A stretch of DNA of 64,000 nucleotides from an uncultured delta proteobacterium (GTDB lineage Bacteria > Myxococcota_A > Polyangia > Polyangiales > Polyangiaceae): assembly GCA_963716725.1 (NCBI GenBank), contig CAVQUB010000003.1, positions 224,001 to 288,000 on the forward strand, given 5' to 3'. This document shows positions 1 to 9,686 of this stretch, one piece after another. The notes under the pieces are model-generated. The model was not told where the DNA came from. It did no database searches and saw only the letters and a program-made list of their open reading frames with translations. Made by a program: the position numbers and the translations under genes. Positions within the stretch are counted from its first letter, which is position 1; every line of letters begins with the position of its first letter.

Positions 1-587
1 ACCACTCGCTCCGCGGCCCGAGAGAGCTGATCGAGGGGCCGGACGATCAGGCGCGTCAGGGCAAAGTAGGCAGTGACGAGCAGCGCCAACGCGACCACCG
101 CGGTGTAGAGCCCGACCAGTCGCACCAACGGCGCGGCGCGCGCGGACTGGTCGTCCGTACGCACCACGGCGACCACCGCGCCTTCCGGATCGGGCACGGT
201 CACCGCGATGGCTCGCCCGTGGCTGGTGGTGAGCTCGAAGACGCGCTCCCGCGTCACGTCGACGGTTCCACCGATGGCCAGGGCGGCCACCGGATCTCCG
301 AGGCGCAGCACCGGCGCACCGGAACGGTCATAGACGCCGATGGCTTCGACGCCTTCGGTGCCGATTTCGGCCTCGAGCAAGGCCGACAGCTCCGTGGACG
401 AGCGCTGGACCCGGGCCTCCCCCACGTGACTGGCCACCGCACGCCCCAGCGACCGGGCGCTGCTCTCCCGCACTTGCTGAAGTGTCAGGCGCGTGTAGGT
501 CGCGACCGCAAAGAACAGCGGTACAAAGGCCAAGAGCATCAGCCCGCCGAGCAGCATCAGGATCTGGAGTCGGAGCCCCGGCTTCAC
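1..587 (-). CDS. Membrane sensor protein with HAMP domain, probably a histidine kinase (3' end outside window)
   Basis: Not in the ORF track; translated by hand from GTG at 587: VKPGLRLQILMLLGGLMLLAFVPLFFAV (TM1) ... LYTAVVALALLVTAYFALTRLIVRPLDQLSRAAERV (TM2 plus typical HAMP start). Confidence 0.8.
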   Translation of the reverse strand, partial: MKPGLRLQILMLLGGLMLLAFVPLFFAVATYTRLTLQQVRESSARSLGRAVASHVGEARVQRSSTELSALLEAEIGTEGVEAIGVYDRSGAPVLRLGDPVAALAIGGTVDVTRERVFELTTSHGRAIAVTVPDPEGAVVAVVRTDDQSARAAPLVRLVGLYTAVVALALLVTAYFALTRLIVRPLDQLSRAAERV

Positions 588-696
588 CGCGGGTCATTGT
601 CGCCGATCCGAGGTCAGAAGGCGGCGAATCCGGTGGGGCGCACGTGTCCCCGGAAAGTGGGCCGAAGTGCCCCGCGTCTGATAGCGGCATCCTCGA

Positions 697-2831
697 ATGG
701 ATCCTCTCGTCCGGGTCTCCTTGCGCATCCAACGAGCCCTGGCGCGCGTCACCGGGGTTGGCCTCGGAATCGGCTTTGGCGCGTACCTGGTCTTCAGCGT
801 CGCCGGAGCTCCCGGACTCGGCTGGGACCTGTGCGTCGGGGTGCTGCTGCTCGGGGCCATCGTGCTGGCCGTGACCCGCCGCCTGCGCCGGCTCGATCCC
901 GACGCGACGATTCGACTCGACCTGGAGCTGTTCACGCATTTGGTGGTCCTGGTCTTTGCGCTGGTGGCCCACGCACCGGGCAAGCTCGACGGCCCCTACC
1001 ACCCGGCGGTGTACGCCCTGGCCATGGTCGCCGCGGCCTTCGCCCGGCCGCCGGCGGCCCTCGGCACCGCAGCGTTCACGATCCTGCTCGAGTCCGCGCT
1101 GCGCATGATAGCGATGGGTCAACGGCTCGAGGAGTTCTGGCCCAACCTCGCCTTCGTGGGCTTGTTCGCGTTCCTGAACCTCAGCTTGTTCCGCGCCGAG
1201 ATTGCCCGCGTGAGGCGCCTCTCACGCGTTCACATCGAGGGCGAGATCGAGCGCATGAAGAACGCGGCACGCTCGTTCCGTCTGATCGGCGCGCCGAGCT
1301 CCGCCATCGATCGGAGTTCCATTCCGCCGCGGAACGAAGAGGACCGCCTGCTGCGCTCGGGAGTCGACGAGATCCACCAGGCGCTCGCCTTCGCCCTCGA
1401 CCTCTTGCGGCGCACGCTGGGCCTCCGGACGGCGGTATTGCTCTGGCTCGACTCGAACGGGCAGACCCTGCACATCCAGGAGATCTCCACCAGCGACGAC
1501 AGCATCGTGCCCGGGCCCTTCTCGGCCAAGGACGGCATCTTCGCTGCGGCCATCGGCGGAGCGCACGCCGGTCGCCCTGCACGGCGCCAAAGCCTCACAG
1601 CACACCCCCTACTACGGCGAGCTGCCCCGGGTCGGTGCCGTGTGTGCGGCCCCGCTGGTCGAGCACGGGCACGCCCGCGGGCTGGTCGTCGTCGATCGCG
1701 AGGGCGGCGAGCCCTTCACGGATCAAGAGCAAGAGCTCCTGGCCAATGCAACCGTGTTCATGCTGCGCGCCATCGAGAACGAGCGCGTCTTCGTCCAGCT
1801 CGAGCGGGCGAAGATCGAGCAAGGCAAGCTGTATCGAGCCGTGGACACGCTGAACACCGCACGCAGCGAGGCTCAGGTCATCGAGGCTTGCGTGGCATCC
1901 GCGCGGGAGTTCGCGGCCTTCGACTTCGCGGTGGTCACGCTCTTCGACACCAGCAGCGGCGAGCACGAGATCTGCGCGGTCAGTGGCGAAGGCCAAGATG
2001 ACCTGGTCGGCAAGCGCTTCCGCCACAACTCCGGCCTGGTCTCGATGGTGGTCGCGAACCGCCATCCGCTGCCCTACCGCGGTGACTACGATCCCGGCCG
2101 GCAGGTGGTGTTCTCCCGCCGCCTCGCGCCGCCCCCAATGCCGTCGCTCCTGGTCCTGCCGTTGCTCGTGCACGAGCGCGCGCTGGGCACGCTGGTGCTC
2201 GGCTCGCAGCGCCGAGCCGCCTTCGGCGAGAGCGTGCGTCCGACGCTCGAGGTCCTGGCGAGCCACGTGGCGGTGTCCTTGGCCAACGCCCGCATGCTCA
2301 AGCGTCTGGAAGAACTGGCCACCACCGACGGGCTCACCGGCCACTTCAACAAGCGCGCCTTGATCGAGGTCGCCAGCCAGAAGATCAGGAGTTCGAACCG
2401 CTTCAAGAAGCCGCTCAGTGTGCTGGTCTGCGACATCGATCACTTCAAGAAGGTGAACGACACCCACGGTCACGACGTGGGAGACATCGTGATCCGCGGC
2501 TTCGGTGACGTGCTGCAGCCGCGCCAAGCGTGACACTGACGTCGTCGCCCGCTTCGGTGGCGAAGAGTTCGTGGTGGTCTGCGAAGAGACCGACGCCGAA
2601 GGCGCCGCGTTGCTTGCCGAGCGGATCCGCTCCGAGCTCGAGAGCGCGACCTTCCACGGCACCAATTGCTCGGTGAAGGTGACCTGCTCGGTGGGGGTGG
2701 CGACCTTTCCGGCCGCCGGCCACGACTGGGACACGCTGTTCAAGGCCACCGACGAGGCCCTCTACGCGGCCAAGCGCGGCGGGCGCAATCGCGTCACCGT
2801 CTGGTCACCGCGCGTGGGCGCGGCGGCGTGA
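697..2831 (+). CDS. Membrane-anchored GAF-GAF-GGDEF diguanylate cyclase (two apparent frameshifts)
   Basis: N-terminal TM helices, two GAF-like segments, ATTDGLTGHFNKR, DIDHFKKVNDTHGHDVGD, RDTD I-site and ARFGGEEF. Split over ORFs 697-2001, 1640-2533 and 2505-2831 by single extra bases near 1555 and 2519. Confidence 0.9.
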
Positions 2832-2837
2832 CACGAC

Positions 2838-3959
2838 TCACCGATACGCGCCCTCGACCCGGCGCGGCGCGAGCGCACGGGCAACATCGCGCATCGTCGC
2901 GACCAAGGAGCCCAGCTCGTCGCGATCGCTGAGCGCACGGTCGACTGCGATCTCGATCTCGGTGGGGGACAGCACGAACCCGTCCACGGCCTGGGCGAGC
3001 CCGAGCAAGCCCTGCCGAGGCGCCTCGCCCAGCGCCGCTTTGACCTCGTCCTCGGGATCGCCCATCACCACGAACGCTGCGTCGAAAGCCGGGTCTCCCA
3101 GCTGAATGTCGCGTTTCCGAAAGCGCTCGATGCGCGAGCGCTCTGACTCGAGCCCAAGATGCAGATCGAAAGGCAGCGGCCGCTCGAAGACCAGGCGGAA
3201 CTGCGTGCGAAAGCGCTTCCCGCTGACGTGATCCACGTGGACGGTCAGCTCTCCCTCTTCGAGCTCGAGGCGCAGCTCGTCCACCTCGACTCTCCCGCCC
3301 AAGCTCTGAGCGAGCTCACCGAAGACATCCATCACCTTTTGCTCGAGCTCGGGCCGCTTCAGCCGCGCCCGCTCGGCCAAGATGGCCTGACCGGTTTCGC
3401 CCAGCCAGACCAGCGCCTGGGTGCAGCGCTCCACGCCGGCGGCCGCGTCCACCGAGACTTCGAGCGTGTCGTCGTCGAGGGAGAGGCGCAGCCCGCGAGA
3501 GTCGCCCGTCATCAACAGCTCGCCCGCCTCACCGGACAGCAGCTCTCGCGCCTGATCCTCGTGCACGGCGTCGACCCTGAAGACGTGATCGAAGTCGTCG
3601 GAGACGATTGCCTTGCCCGCGCGACCTCCAAGCACACCGCGGCGCGTCACCGAGAGTTCGAGGCCCAGCGCACGCGGGAAGCGAGCGACGCCGCTGAACG
3701 TCATCGGGCTCGTCCCGTCGGGCTGTGCGGCGAGCTCGATCCGCAGCTCGCCCACGCGCCCGCTGGCCACGTCCACCGCGTGCTTGATCCCGAGCTGCTC
3801 GGCCGCGCCCGCGAGCACTTCGTCGCCCAAGGTGTAGACCCGCTTGCTGCGCTCACGCGGGGGATTGGGCAGGAGTGGCGCCTCGGTGCCCGCGAGCATG
3901 GCGTACCAGAGCACGGCTGCCGCGGTGCCGACTCCCAAGAGCAGGACCAGTGCCTCCAC
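2838..3959 (-). CDS. Hypothetical membrane-anchored protein with an internally duplicated domain
   Basis: GTG start with upstream AGGAAGG; N-terminal TM; two similar segments (FDHVFRVDAVHEDQARELL / FDAAFVVMGDPEDEVKAAL); ends VEGAYR. Confidence 0.7.
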   Translation of the reverse strand: MEALVLLLGVGTAAAVLWYAMLAGTEAPLLPNPPRERSKRVYTLGDEVLAGAAEQLGIKHAVDVASGRVGELRIELAAQPDGTSPMTFSGVARFPRALGLELSVTRRGVLGGRAGKAIVSDDFDHVFRVDAVHEDQARELLSGEAGELLMTGDSRGLRLSLDDDTLEVSVDAAAGVERCTQALVWLGETGQAILAERARLKRPELEQKVMDVFGELAQSLGGRVEVDELRLELEEGELTVHVDHVSGKRFRTQFRLVFERPLPFDLHLGLESERSRIERFRKRDIQLGDPAFDAAFVVMGDPEDEVKAALGEAPRQGLLGLAQAVDGFVLSPTEIEIAVDRALSDRDELGSLVATMRDVARALAPRRVEGAYR

Positions 3960-3960
3960 G

Positions 3961-4590
3961 TCAGACCTTCCTGAAGCGCATGCCAGCAGAGCGCGCCGCA
4001 ACGCCGTCGGCGTCGTCACGATCGCCGATCACCAGGCAGTCGGCGGGATCGACGCCGAGCCGACGCGCGGCTTCGAGGTATCCCGCCGGATCGGGCTTGA
4101 GGCGACGCGGACCGCCGGCCTCGCCGCTGGCCACCACAGCGTCGAACAAGCCCGCCGCGTCGAGGGCCGCCAGCTTTCCACTGGCCGGGTAGTCGCTGAC
4201 CAGCGCGGTCTTGCCGCCCGAAGCGCGGAAGCTGGCGATCTCGTCGAGCAGCTCCCGGCGCTTGAAGCGACGGATCCACTTCTGCGGGCGCTCGATCATC
4301 CACTCGCTCACGTGGCGCTCGACCACCCGGGCCTCGACGCCGAGGGAGGCGGCGGTCCGTTCCACTTGCATCGCGAAGGGGCTCTCCACCTCGCGGTCCA
4401 CGTCTTCACGCATCAACTCGTGCTCATGCCGAAACCGCTTCAGCGTGCCAATGGCGCCCCAGCCCCCGAGCATCAGCTCCGCCGCCATGGCGAACTTCAC
4501 CCAGCGCGCGGTGTACAGCGTGCCGTCCAGATCCACGAGCCACGCCCGGGCGGTCTGGGAACTGGGATCGGCGGAGGGGGCGGGCGGCAT
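3961..4590 (-). CDS. HAD-superfamily hydrolase
   Basis: Motif I LVDLDGTL, motif II LVSD, KPDP, motif IV IGDRDDAD. Confidence 0.9.
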   Translation of the reverse strand: MPPAPSADPSSQTARAWLVDLDGTLYTARWVKFAMAAELMLGGWGAIGTLKRFRHEHELMREDVDREVESPFAMQVERTAASLGVEARVVERHVSEWMIERPQKWIRRFKRRELLDEIASFRASGGKTALVSDYPASGKLAALDAAGLFDAVVASGEAGGPRRLKPDPAGYLEAARRLGVDPADCLVIGDRDDADGVAARSAGMRFRKV

Positions 4591-4703
4591 GGCGGCTCGG
4601 TCCACCGATTCATCGCACAGCGCGCCCTCGATCGCGAGCGGCGCGCGGCGGAAGCCGACTCGAGTGGCGATTTCCTCTTGTCGCTCTGAGGCGGAGCCAG
4701 CTG

Positions 4704-5345
4704 CTAGCTCGGCTTACTCGCGCGGATGGTCAGCTTGATCACCACGTCGTCGCGGATCAGATCGTCGACCTTGCCCGGATAGTTCAGCCCAAAGTCCTTG
4801 CGGTTGATGCTGAACTCCGCGTCGACGGCGGCGCTGCCGGACTCGAGCTTGATGGTCGCCGGGAAGGTGATGCTCTTCTTCTGCCCGTGCAGCTCGAGGT
4901 TACCGGTCACGGTGTGGGTCGCGCCCTTGTCACCCCCGGCCTTGATACCAGTCGACTCGAAGCGGGCCTTGGGGAACTTCTCGACGTCGAAAAAGTCGGC
5001 GCTCTTCAGGTGACCGGTGAGCTTGGGGTTGTCGGAGTCGATGGAGGCAGAGTCGATCTCGACGCTCACTTGGCTCTTGGTCGGATCGCTGCCCACCAGG
5101 CTCACGCTGCCGGTGAAGGTTCCGAACGATCCATCGTGCTTGCCGGTGACCTTCGCTCCCACGAACTGCACCTTGGAGTCGGCGGCGGAGAAGCGCAGCG
5201 TCTCGGCGCCGACCGCCGCCGCCGAGGCCGCAACGGGAGCGGCCACTTCGGCCTTGGGTTTGTTCTTGGCGGGGTCCTCGCAGCCCACGGCCATCAAGAG
5301 TGAGAGTCCGAGGGTCAGGCCCAGGCTGGTTTGCATCGAGATCAT
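4704..5345 (-). CDS. yceI: YceI-family lipid/polyisoprenoid-binding lipoprotein
   Basis: AAGGAG RBS before ATG 5345; lipobox AVGC; HLKSADFFDVEKFPKARF, GNLELHG, INRKDFG typical of YceI. Confidence 0.9.
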   Translation of the reverse strand: MISMQTSLGLTLGLSLLMAVGCEDPAKNKPKAEVAAPVAASAAAVGAETLRFSAADSKVQFVGAKVTGKHDGSFGTFTGSVSLVGSDPTKSQVSVEIDSASIDSDNPKLTGHLKSADFFDVEKFPKARFESTGIKAGGDKGATHTVTGNLELHGQKKSITFPATIKLESGSAAVDAEFSINRKDFGLNYPGKVDDLIRDDVVIKLTIRASKPS

Positions 5346-5416
5346 GGTGGCTCCTTCGCGGCCGACAGCATGGGGCCGCGGACGGGCAAGGGCTAGCCGG
5401 CGGCGGAGGAACTCAC

Positions 5417-5434
5417 TGTTGCGTATTTGCAACA
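5417..5434. promoter_or_regulatory. Palindromic LysR-type operator (TGTTGC-N6-GCAACA, contains T-N11-A)
   Basis: Perfect 6-bp inverted repeat in the AT-richer gap between divergent yceI and LysR genes. Confidence 0.65.
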
Positions 5435-6410
5435 ATCGAACAGAATCGTTGCGGTGCCAGCGATCTCCCGCTCCGCGGCGGCTCCCGCCCTCGACGATCT
5501 CTCCGGCTTCGTGCGCGTGGTCGAGCTCGCCTCCTTCGCCCGGGCCGCCCGGGAGCTGGGCGTGCCCACTTCGACCCTGAGCCGCGCCGTCGGGCGTCTC
5601 GAGTCCAGATTGGGCGTCCGCCTGCTCCACCGCACCACGCGTCGGGTGCGCGTCACCGACGAAGGCGCCGAGCTGCACCTGCGCGTTGCTCCCGCACTGC
5701 TCGCGCTGCGCGACGCAGTCCGCGACGCCGAGGCCAGCGAGACGGTGCCGCGCGGTCGCGTACGGCTGACTGCCCCGAGCGACATCGCAGCCACCTTCCT
5801 CGCCGACGTGATCGGCGAGTTTGCCCTCGCCTACCCCGAGGTGGACGTTGAACTCTTGGTCACTCAACGCACCGTCGATCTGGTCGCCGAGGGCGTCGAC
5901 CTCGCGGTGAGGGCGGGCGTGTTGCGTGACTCGTCGTTGATCTCACGCCGCCTCGGCAGCGTCGAAGGCTGGCTCTGCGCTTCTCCCGAGTACCTCGCTC
6001 GCCGCGGGGTGCCGCGTACGCTGGCCGACGTCGTCGACCACGATCTGATCCTGTTTCGCGCGAACCGCGGGCGCGCCACCTGGCGACTCGAGATCGGCTC
6101 GCGGCAGTCCAGCCTCGACGTGCGCGGTCGCATCTCTTGCGACGACTTCACCTTCGTGCGCGCCGCTCTGCTCGCCGGCGCGGGCATGGGGCTGCTGCCG
6201 GCGCCCGTGGCCGCTCACGACATCGTCGAAGGCACGCTGGTCCACGTGCTCGACGCGCACAGCGAGGACCTCGGCGCGCTGCACCTGGTCTACCCCTCGG
6301 CCCGGCACCTACCGGCCAAGATCAGCGCGCTGCGCGACTTTTTGGCCGAGCGCTTTGTCAGCTACTGCGCGCCAGCGAAACCCAAGCAGCGCTCGCGCAG
6401 ATCGCGTTGA
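5427..6410 (+). CDS. LysR-family transcriptional regulator (CrgA-like); start uncertain
   Basis: FVRVVELASFARAARELGVPTSTLSRAVGRLESRLGVRLLHRTTR HTH; VDLVAEGVDLAVR; divergent from yceI. Confidence 0.95.
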   Translation: MQQSNRIVAVPAISRSAAAPALDDLSGFVRVVELASFARAARELGVPTSTLSRAVGRLESRLGVRLLHRTTRRVRVTDEGAELHLRVAPALLALRDAVRDAEASETVPRGRVRLTAPSDIAATFLADVIGEFALAYPEVDVELLVTQRTVDLVAEGVDLAVRAGVLRDSSLISRRLGSVEGWLCASPEYLARRGVPRTLADVVDHDLILFRANRGRATWRLEIGSRQSSLDVRGRISCDDFTFVRAALLAGAGMGLLPAPVAAHDIVEGTLVHVLDAHSEDLGALHLVYPSARHLPAKISALRDFLAERFVSYCAPAKPKQRSRRSR

Positions 6411-6437
6411 GCGCGGGCGCCCCGAGCTCCCAGACAG

Positions 6438-7199
6438 TCACCGGCTCTCGGCGACGCGCCGGAGCGCCGGGACAGGCAGGGCGAGTCTCTCGGCGTGAGC
6501 CAGCGCGCGCGCCAGACGCGCCGGCGCGCTCCGACCCGCGCAGGCATGTTCGGGATCGGCCGCGATGGCGCTCTCGAAGGCGGCGAGCATGACAGCTTCG
6601 TCCAACGACTCGTCGCAGAGGGCACGCTCGATAGCGAGCACGTCCCGCGCGACTCCGAGGGCGAGCTCGCGGTGGTCGCGCCACAACGCGGACACGGTGC
6701 CACCCTGGACGAGACCGGCGATGTTGGTCGTACCGATGTACAGGTTCTTGGACGCCAGCTCCCGAGTCAGCTCGGATTCGTCCCGGCAAACCCGGGTCGT
6801 GACCTGCACCGCGCGGAGGGCCTCCGTCAGCAGATCCGCGCGGGGGCCATAGATCAGCGTGGGCAGCAGCTCCTTGATCAGCGTCGTCGGCTTCTTCTCG
6901 AACCAGACCACCGCGACGCTCGGGTTCTCGATGCCGTGGGAACGCCAAGTCAGAAAACGTAGCTCGTTCTGCACCAGACCGACGCGCGATCGCCAGCGGG
7001 CGGGCAGGTCCGCCAACACGCTGTCGAGATCCGTCTCACCGACGGCGACGAGCGCCAAATCCGGCTCGGGCACGCGTGCCGCGACCTCCGACATGCTCAT
7101 GCCGCGCGTCACCGGCACCACCGTGTGGCCGCAGCGGAGCAGCCCCCGCGCGAAGACCGAGCCGAGCTCTCCGATGCCGACCACCACCACCCTTGCCAT
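6438..7199 (-). CDS. Rossmann-fold protein (ketopantoate-reductase-like)
   Basis: Begins MARVVVVGIGELG (GxGxxG); LVQNEL and KNLYI segments resemble PanE/ApbA-like proteins. Confidence 0.7.
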   Translation of the reverse strand: MARVVVVGIGELGSVFARGLLRCGHTVVPVTRGMSMSEVAARVPEPDLALVAVGETDLDSVLADLPARWRSRVGLVQNELRFLTWRSHGIENPSVAVVWFEKKPTTLIKELLPTLIYGPRADLLTEALRAVQVTTRVCRDESELTRELASKNLYIGTTNIAGLVQGGTVSALWRDHRELALGVARDVLAIERALCDESLDEAVMLAAFESAIAADPEHACAGRSAPARLARALAHAERLALPVPALRRVAESR

Positions 7200-7246
7200 A
7201 TTTTCGCGGATTGGTAGCACGGCGCGCGGCAGGGCGGTTCGACGGC

Positions 7247-8533
7247 TCAGACCGCCGCTGTGCGGTAGGGGCCCTCGTTCTTCACCTTCCTGGGGAAGAA
7301 CCCGGCGCCGCGGGTCGCGACCAAGGCGCCGATACCGAAGAGCACCACCGCTGCGGTGACGAAGCCGCCGACCCACGGAAGCCAGGAGCCGACCAGAAAG
7401 ATGGCGCAGCCCACCGCGAGATGCACATAGGGGCTCTTGCTGCGGTGGTGAAACACTGCCGCCCCCAGCGTGGTGAGCGCGGCGCAGATCCCGGCGTAGG
7501 CGCCGAGCACTCCGAGCAAGAGCGCGACGATAGCGATGGGGATGCCCACCACGGTCACGCAGAGCGCGATGAACGCCACGCAGGCGACCAGGGATCCGAC
7601 GATGCCCAGGGCGAGGGTGCGCATCGGGCGGGCTGCCACTTCGCCCTGCATCGCGTCCATGCGACCGGTGGCGAGGGCCAAGAGCACGGTGCCGAACACG
7701 AACAAGAGCGCCGTGCGGGTGATGCTGCCGCCGAGGTCGCTCAGCCACTGCATGAATCCCGACTTGGCCTCGTCGCCACGCGACACGCCGATATGCAGGT
7801 CGCCGTCGCCGCGACGAGCCTTGCCGCCGATGACGTCCACGTCCCCGTCAACCTTGGCTCCGTCGTCAGCGTCGAATGATCCGCCCACCACACTGACGTC
7901 ACCCCGCACGTGACCGCCCTTGCGCAGCTTGACCGAGCCGCCCATCACCGAGACGTCGCCGGTCACCGTGCCAAAGACCTCGGCCGAGCCGCCCATCACG
8001 ACCAGATCGTGCACCGTCTCGCCCGCCTCGACCCGCGTGCTGCCGCCGGTCACCACCCGGTCGTCACCGCGCTTCTCTACTCGATCGGGCTTCGCGGCCG
8101 GCGGCGGCTCGGGGGGAGCCGGCTCCGCCGCGGCTTCCACTGCTGCTGCGTCAGCAGCAACGGCAGTCGGCGCAGGAACTGGTGCCGCCGCGGGCGCTGC
8201 GTCGGCTACCTGCACCGCGGGCGCGATGGAGATCAGCGATCCATCGCGCTTGGCGACGTAGTGTCCATCCGAGAGCAACAACTCCAGGACTTTGTCGGCG
8301 GGTTGCTCGCTCACCTCTACATCCACCGGAGTCGACGAGGGCGCCTCGATCACCACGCTCCACCCGGCCTTCTGGGCCAGTCGCTTGACCGCCTCGGCAC
8401 GCGGCACTTGCTTCACCGAGAGCGAGACCTTGGGATCTTCGGCCGGCCACGTGCCTTGGCGCGAGACCTCAGCCAGCGCTGAGCCCGTGAGGCAGAGGAC
8501 CGCAATACCGGCCAGGATTCGACGAGACGTCAT
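7247..8533 (-). CDS. Signal peptide + STN-like domain + bactofilin-like beta-helix + multi-TM membrane protein
   Basis: Signal peptide MTSRRILAGIAVLCLTGSALA; VSLSVKQVPRAEAVKRLAQKAGWSVVI; repeated V-x-G-D-V-x-V-x-G-G units; 4-5 C-terminal hydrophobic helices. Confidence 0.75.
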   Translation of the reverse strand: MTSRRILAGIAVLCLTGSALAEVSRQGTWPAEDPKVSLSVKQVPRAEAVKRLAQKAGWSVVIEAPSSTPVDVEVSEQPADKVLELLLSDGHYVAKRDGSLISIAPAVQVADAAPAAAPVPAPTAVAADAAAVEAAAEPAPPEPPPAAKPDRVEKRGDDRVVTGGSTRVEAGETVHDLVVMGGSAEVFGTVTGDVSVMGGSVKLRKGGHVRGDVSVVGGSFDADDGAKVDGDVDVIGGKARRGDGDLHIGVSRGDEAKSGFMQWLSDLGGSITRTALLFVFGTVLLALATGRMDAMQGEVAARPMRTLALGIVGSLVACVAFIALCVTVVGIPIAIVALLLGVLGAYAGICAALTTLGAAVFHHRSKSPYVHLAVGCAIFLVGSWLPWVGGFVTAAVVLFGIGALVATRGAGFFPRKVKNEGPYRTAAV

Positions 8534-9036
8534 CAGCGTGCTCCCTTCCATTCCACTTGGCGCGGCACCTGGCGCGCGACCGCAAAGCCCAACACCGCCA
8601 GGACCAAGGTCGCCGACAGCCAGACGACCAGCAGCGACGGTCCCGCATTGGATGCGGCCTTGACCACCGACATGCCCACTCGAAAAGCGATGGGCGCGGT
8701 CTGAGCCACCGTCCGCGGCAACTCGTAGACGAAGCTCGGCAGCTGCCAGATGGCCGGTACCGCGCCGATCCCGGCGAGGATCATGCCGGCGGCGACAGCC
8801 CAGATCGGAATTGGCGCGGCGGGTCGCGCTGCCGTCAACGCTTCGGACACCGACAAGCTGAACATCGCCGCTCCCCCGAGCCGATGAGCGCAGTCCGCGC
8901 AATGCTCCACGTGGTCGGCCACTTCCCGAGTCACCAGCCCCGGCTCTCCATCGGCAAGAGCAGTGAGCGACAACTCGCTCGGATGCCCATCGGGCTGCCA
9001 GAGCTCCTCGTCCGAAAATCGTTGATCGCGCGTCAT
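8533..9036 (-). CDS. Zinc-finger (zf-HC2/ZAS) transmembrane anti-sigma factor
   Basis: HPSELSLTALADGE ... HVEHCADC (HxxxCxxC), two TM segments; ATGA overlap with the ECF sigma gene. Confidence 0.85.
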   Translation of the reverse strand: MTRDQRFSDEELWQPDGHPSELSLTALADGEPGLVTREVADHVEHCADCAHRLGGAAMFSLSVSEALTAARPAAPIPIWAVAAGMILAGIGAVPAIWQLPSFVYELPRTVAQTAPIAFRVGMSVVKAASNAGPSLLVVWLSATLVLAVLGFAVARQVPRQVEWKGAR

Positions 9037-9647
9037 GCAAACTTTCCTTCGTCTCCGAGCGCATCGGCTATGGAACGTCGACCGCGGGAAATCCACGTGC
9101 ACACCGTGCCCATGGGCACACCCAGCTTCGCCGCGATCTCGCGATAAGGCAGACCGTCGACGTGAAACATCTCCATGGCGCGGCGGTGGTCCGGCAACAG
9201 CGCCGCCATCGCGGCGCGGATCGCCGCGCTACGACGGGCATGCTCGAGGCGGTCGTCCGCCGCGGGCGTCGAGTCAGCGACACGGTCGAGCGGATCGTCG
9301 TCGTCGGCGTTCGGTCGGACGATGCGGGCTCGGGCTCGGCCCCGCGCACGCCCCATGTCGAGGGCGACATGGCGGGCGATCCCGAGCAGCCAAGGTCGCA
9401 GCGGCTCCCCCGTCCTCAACCGATCCGAGCCTTCGAGGGCTCGCTTCAAGGTCTCGTTGGTGCAGTCTTCGACGTCCGCGTGCATGGGGCTTTCTCGGAG
9501 AACGCTGGCCGCCACCGCGCGCACCAGGGGCCGGAGCGCCCCCACCTCGGCCCCGAAGACCCCCTCACGCTCGGCGAGTCCGAGCCCGCGGGCATCCCGC
9601 AGCGCGTCGCGTGGGGTCTCAGTGGAATCCATCCAGACGGCGAGCAT
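9033..9647 (-). CDS. ECF RNA polymerase sigma factor
   Basis: DVEDCTNETL, PWLLGIARHVALD (region 2); GLPYREIAAKLGVPMGTVCTWISRGR (region 4.2). Confidence 0.93.
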   Translation of the reverse strand: MLAVWMDSTETPRDALRDARGLGLAEREGVFGAEVGALRPLVRAVAASVLRESPMHADVEDCTNETLKRALEGSDRLRTGEPLRPWLLGIARHVALDMGRARGRARARIVRPNADDDDPLDRVADSTPAADDRLEHARRSAAIRAAMAALLPDHRRAMEMFHVDGLPYREIAAKLGVPMGTVCTWISRGRRSIADALGDEGKFA

Positions 9648-9659
9648 CCTCGCCCCTCT

Positions 9660-9686
9660 TTCGCCGCAGGCCCGAGGATTATTTCA
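9660..9686 (-). promoter_or_regulatory. Possible autoregulatory ECF promoter TGAAAT-N17-CGAA
   Basis: Minus strand TGAAAT (9686-9681) and CGAA (9663-9660) just upstream of the sigma gene; resembles SigW/SigX-type TGAAAC-N16-CGTA. Confidence 0.35.

Noticed and set aside
1550..2525. Programmed frameshifting or true pseudogenisation of the diguanylate cyclase
   Set aside because: Single extra bases in short G/C runs, no slippery heptamer, motifs intact; the same pattern at ~28172 and ~32180 suggests sequencing error. Needs read-level confirmation.
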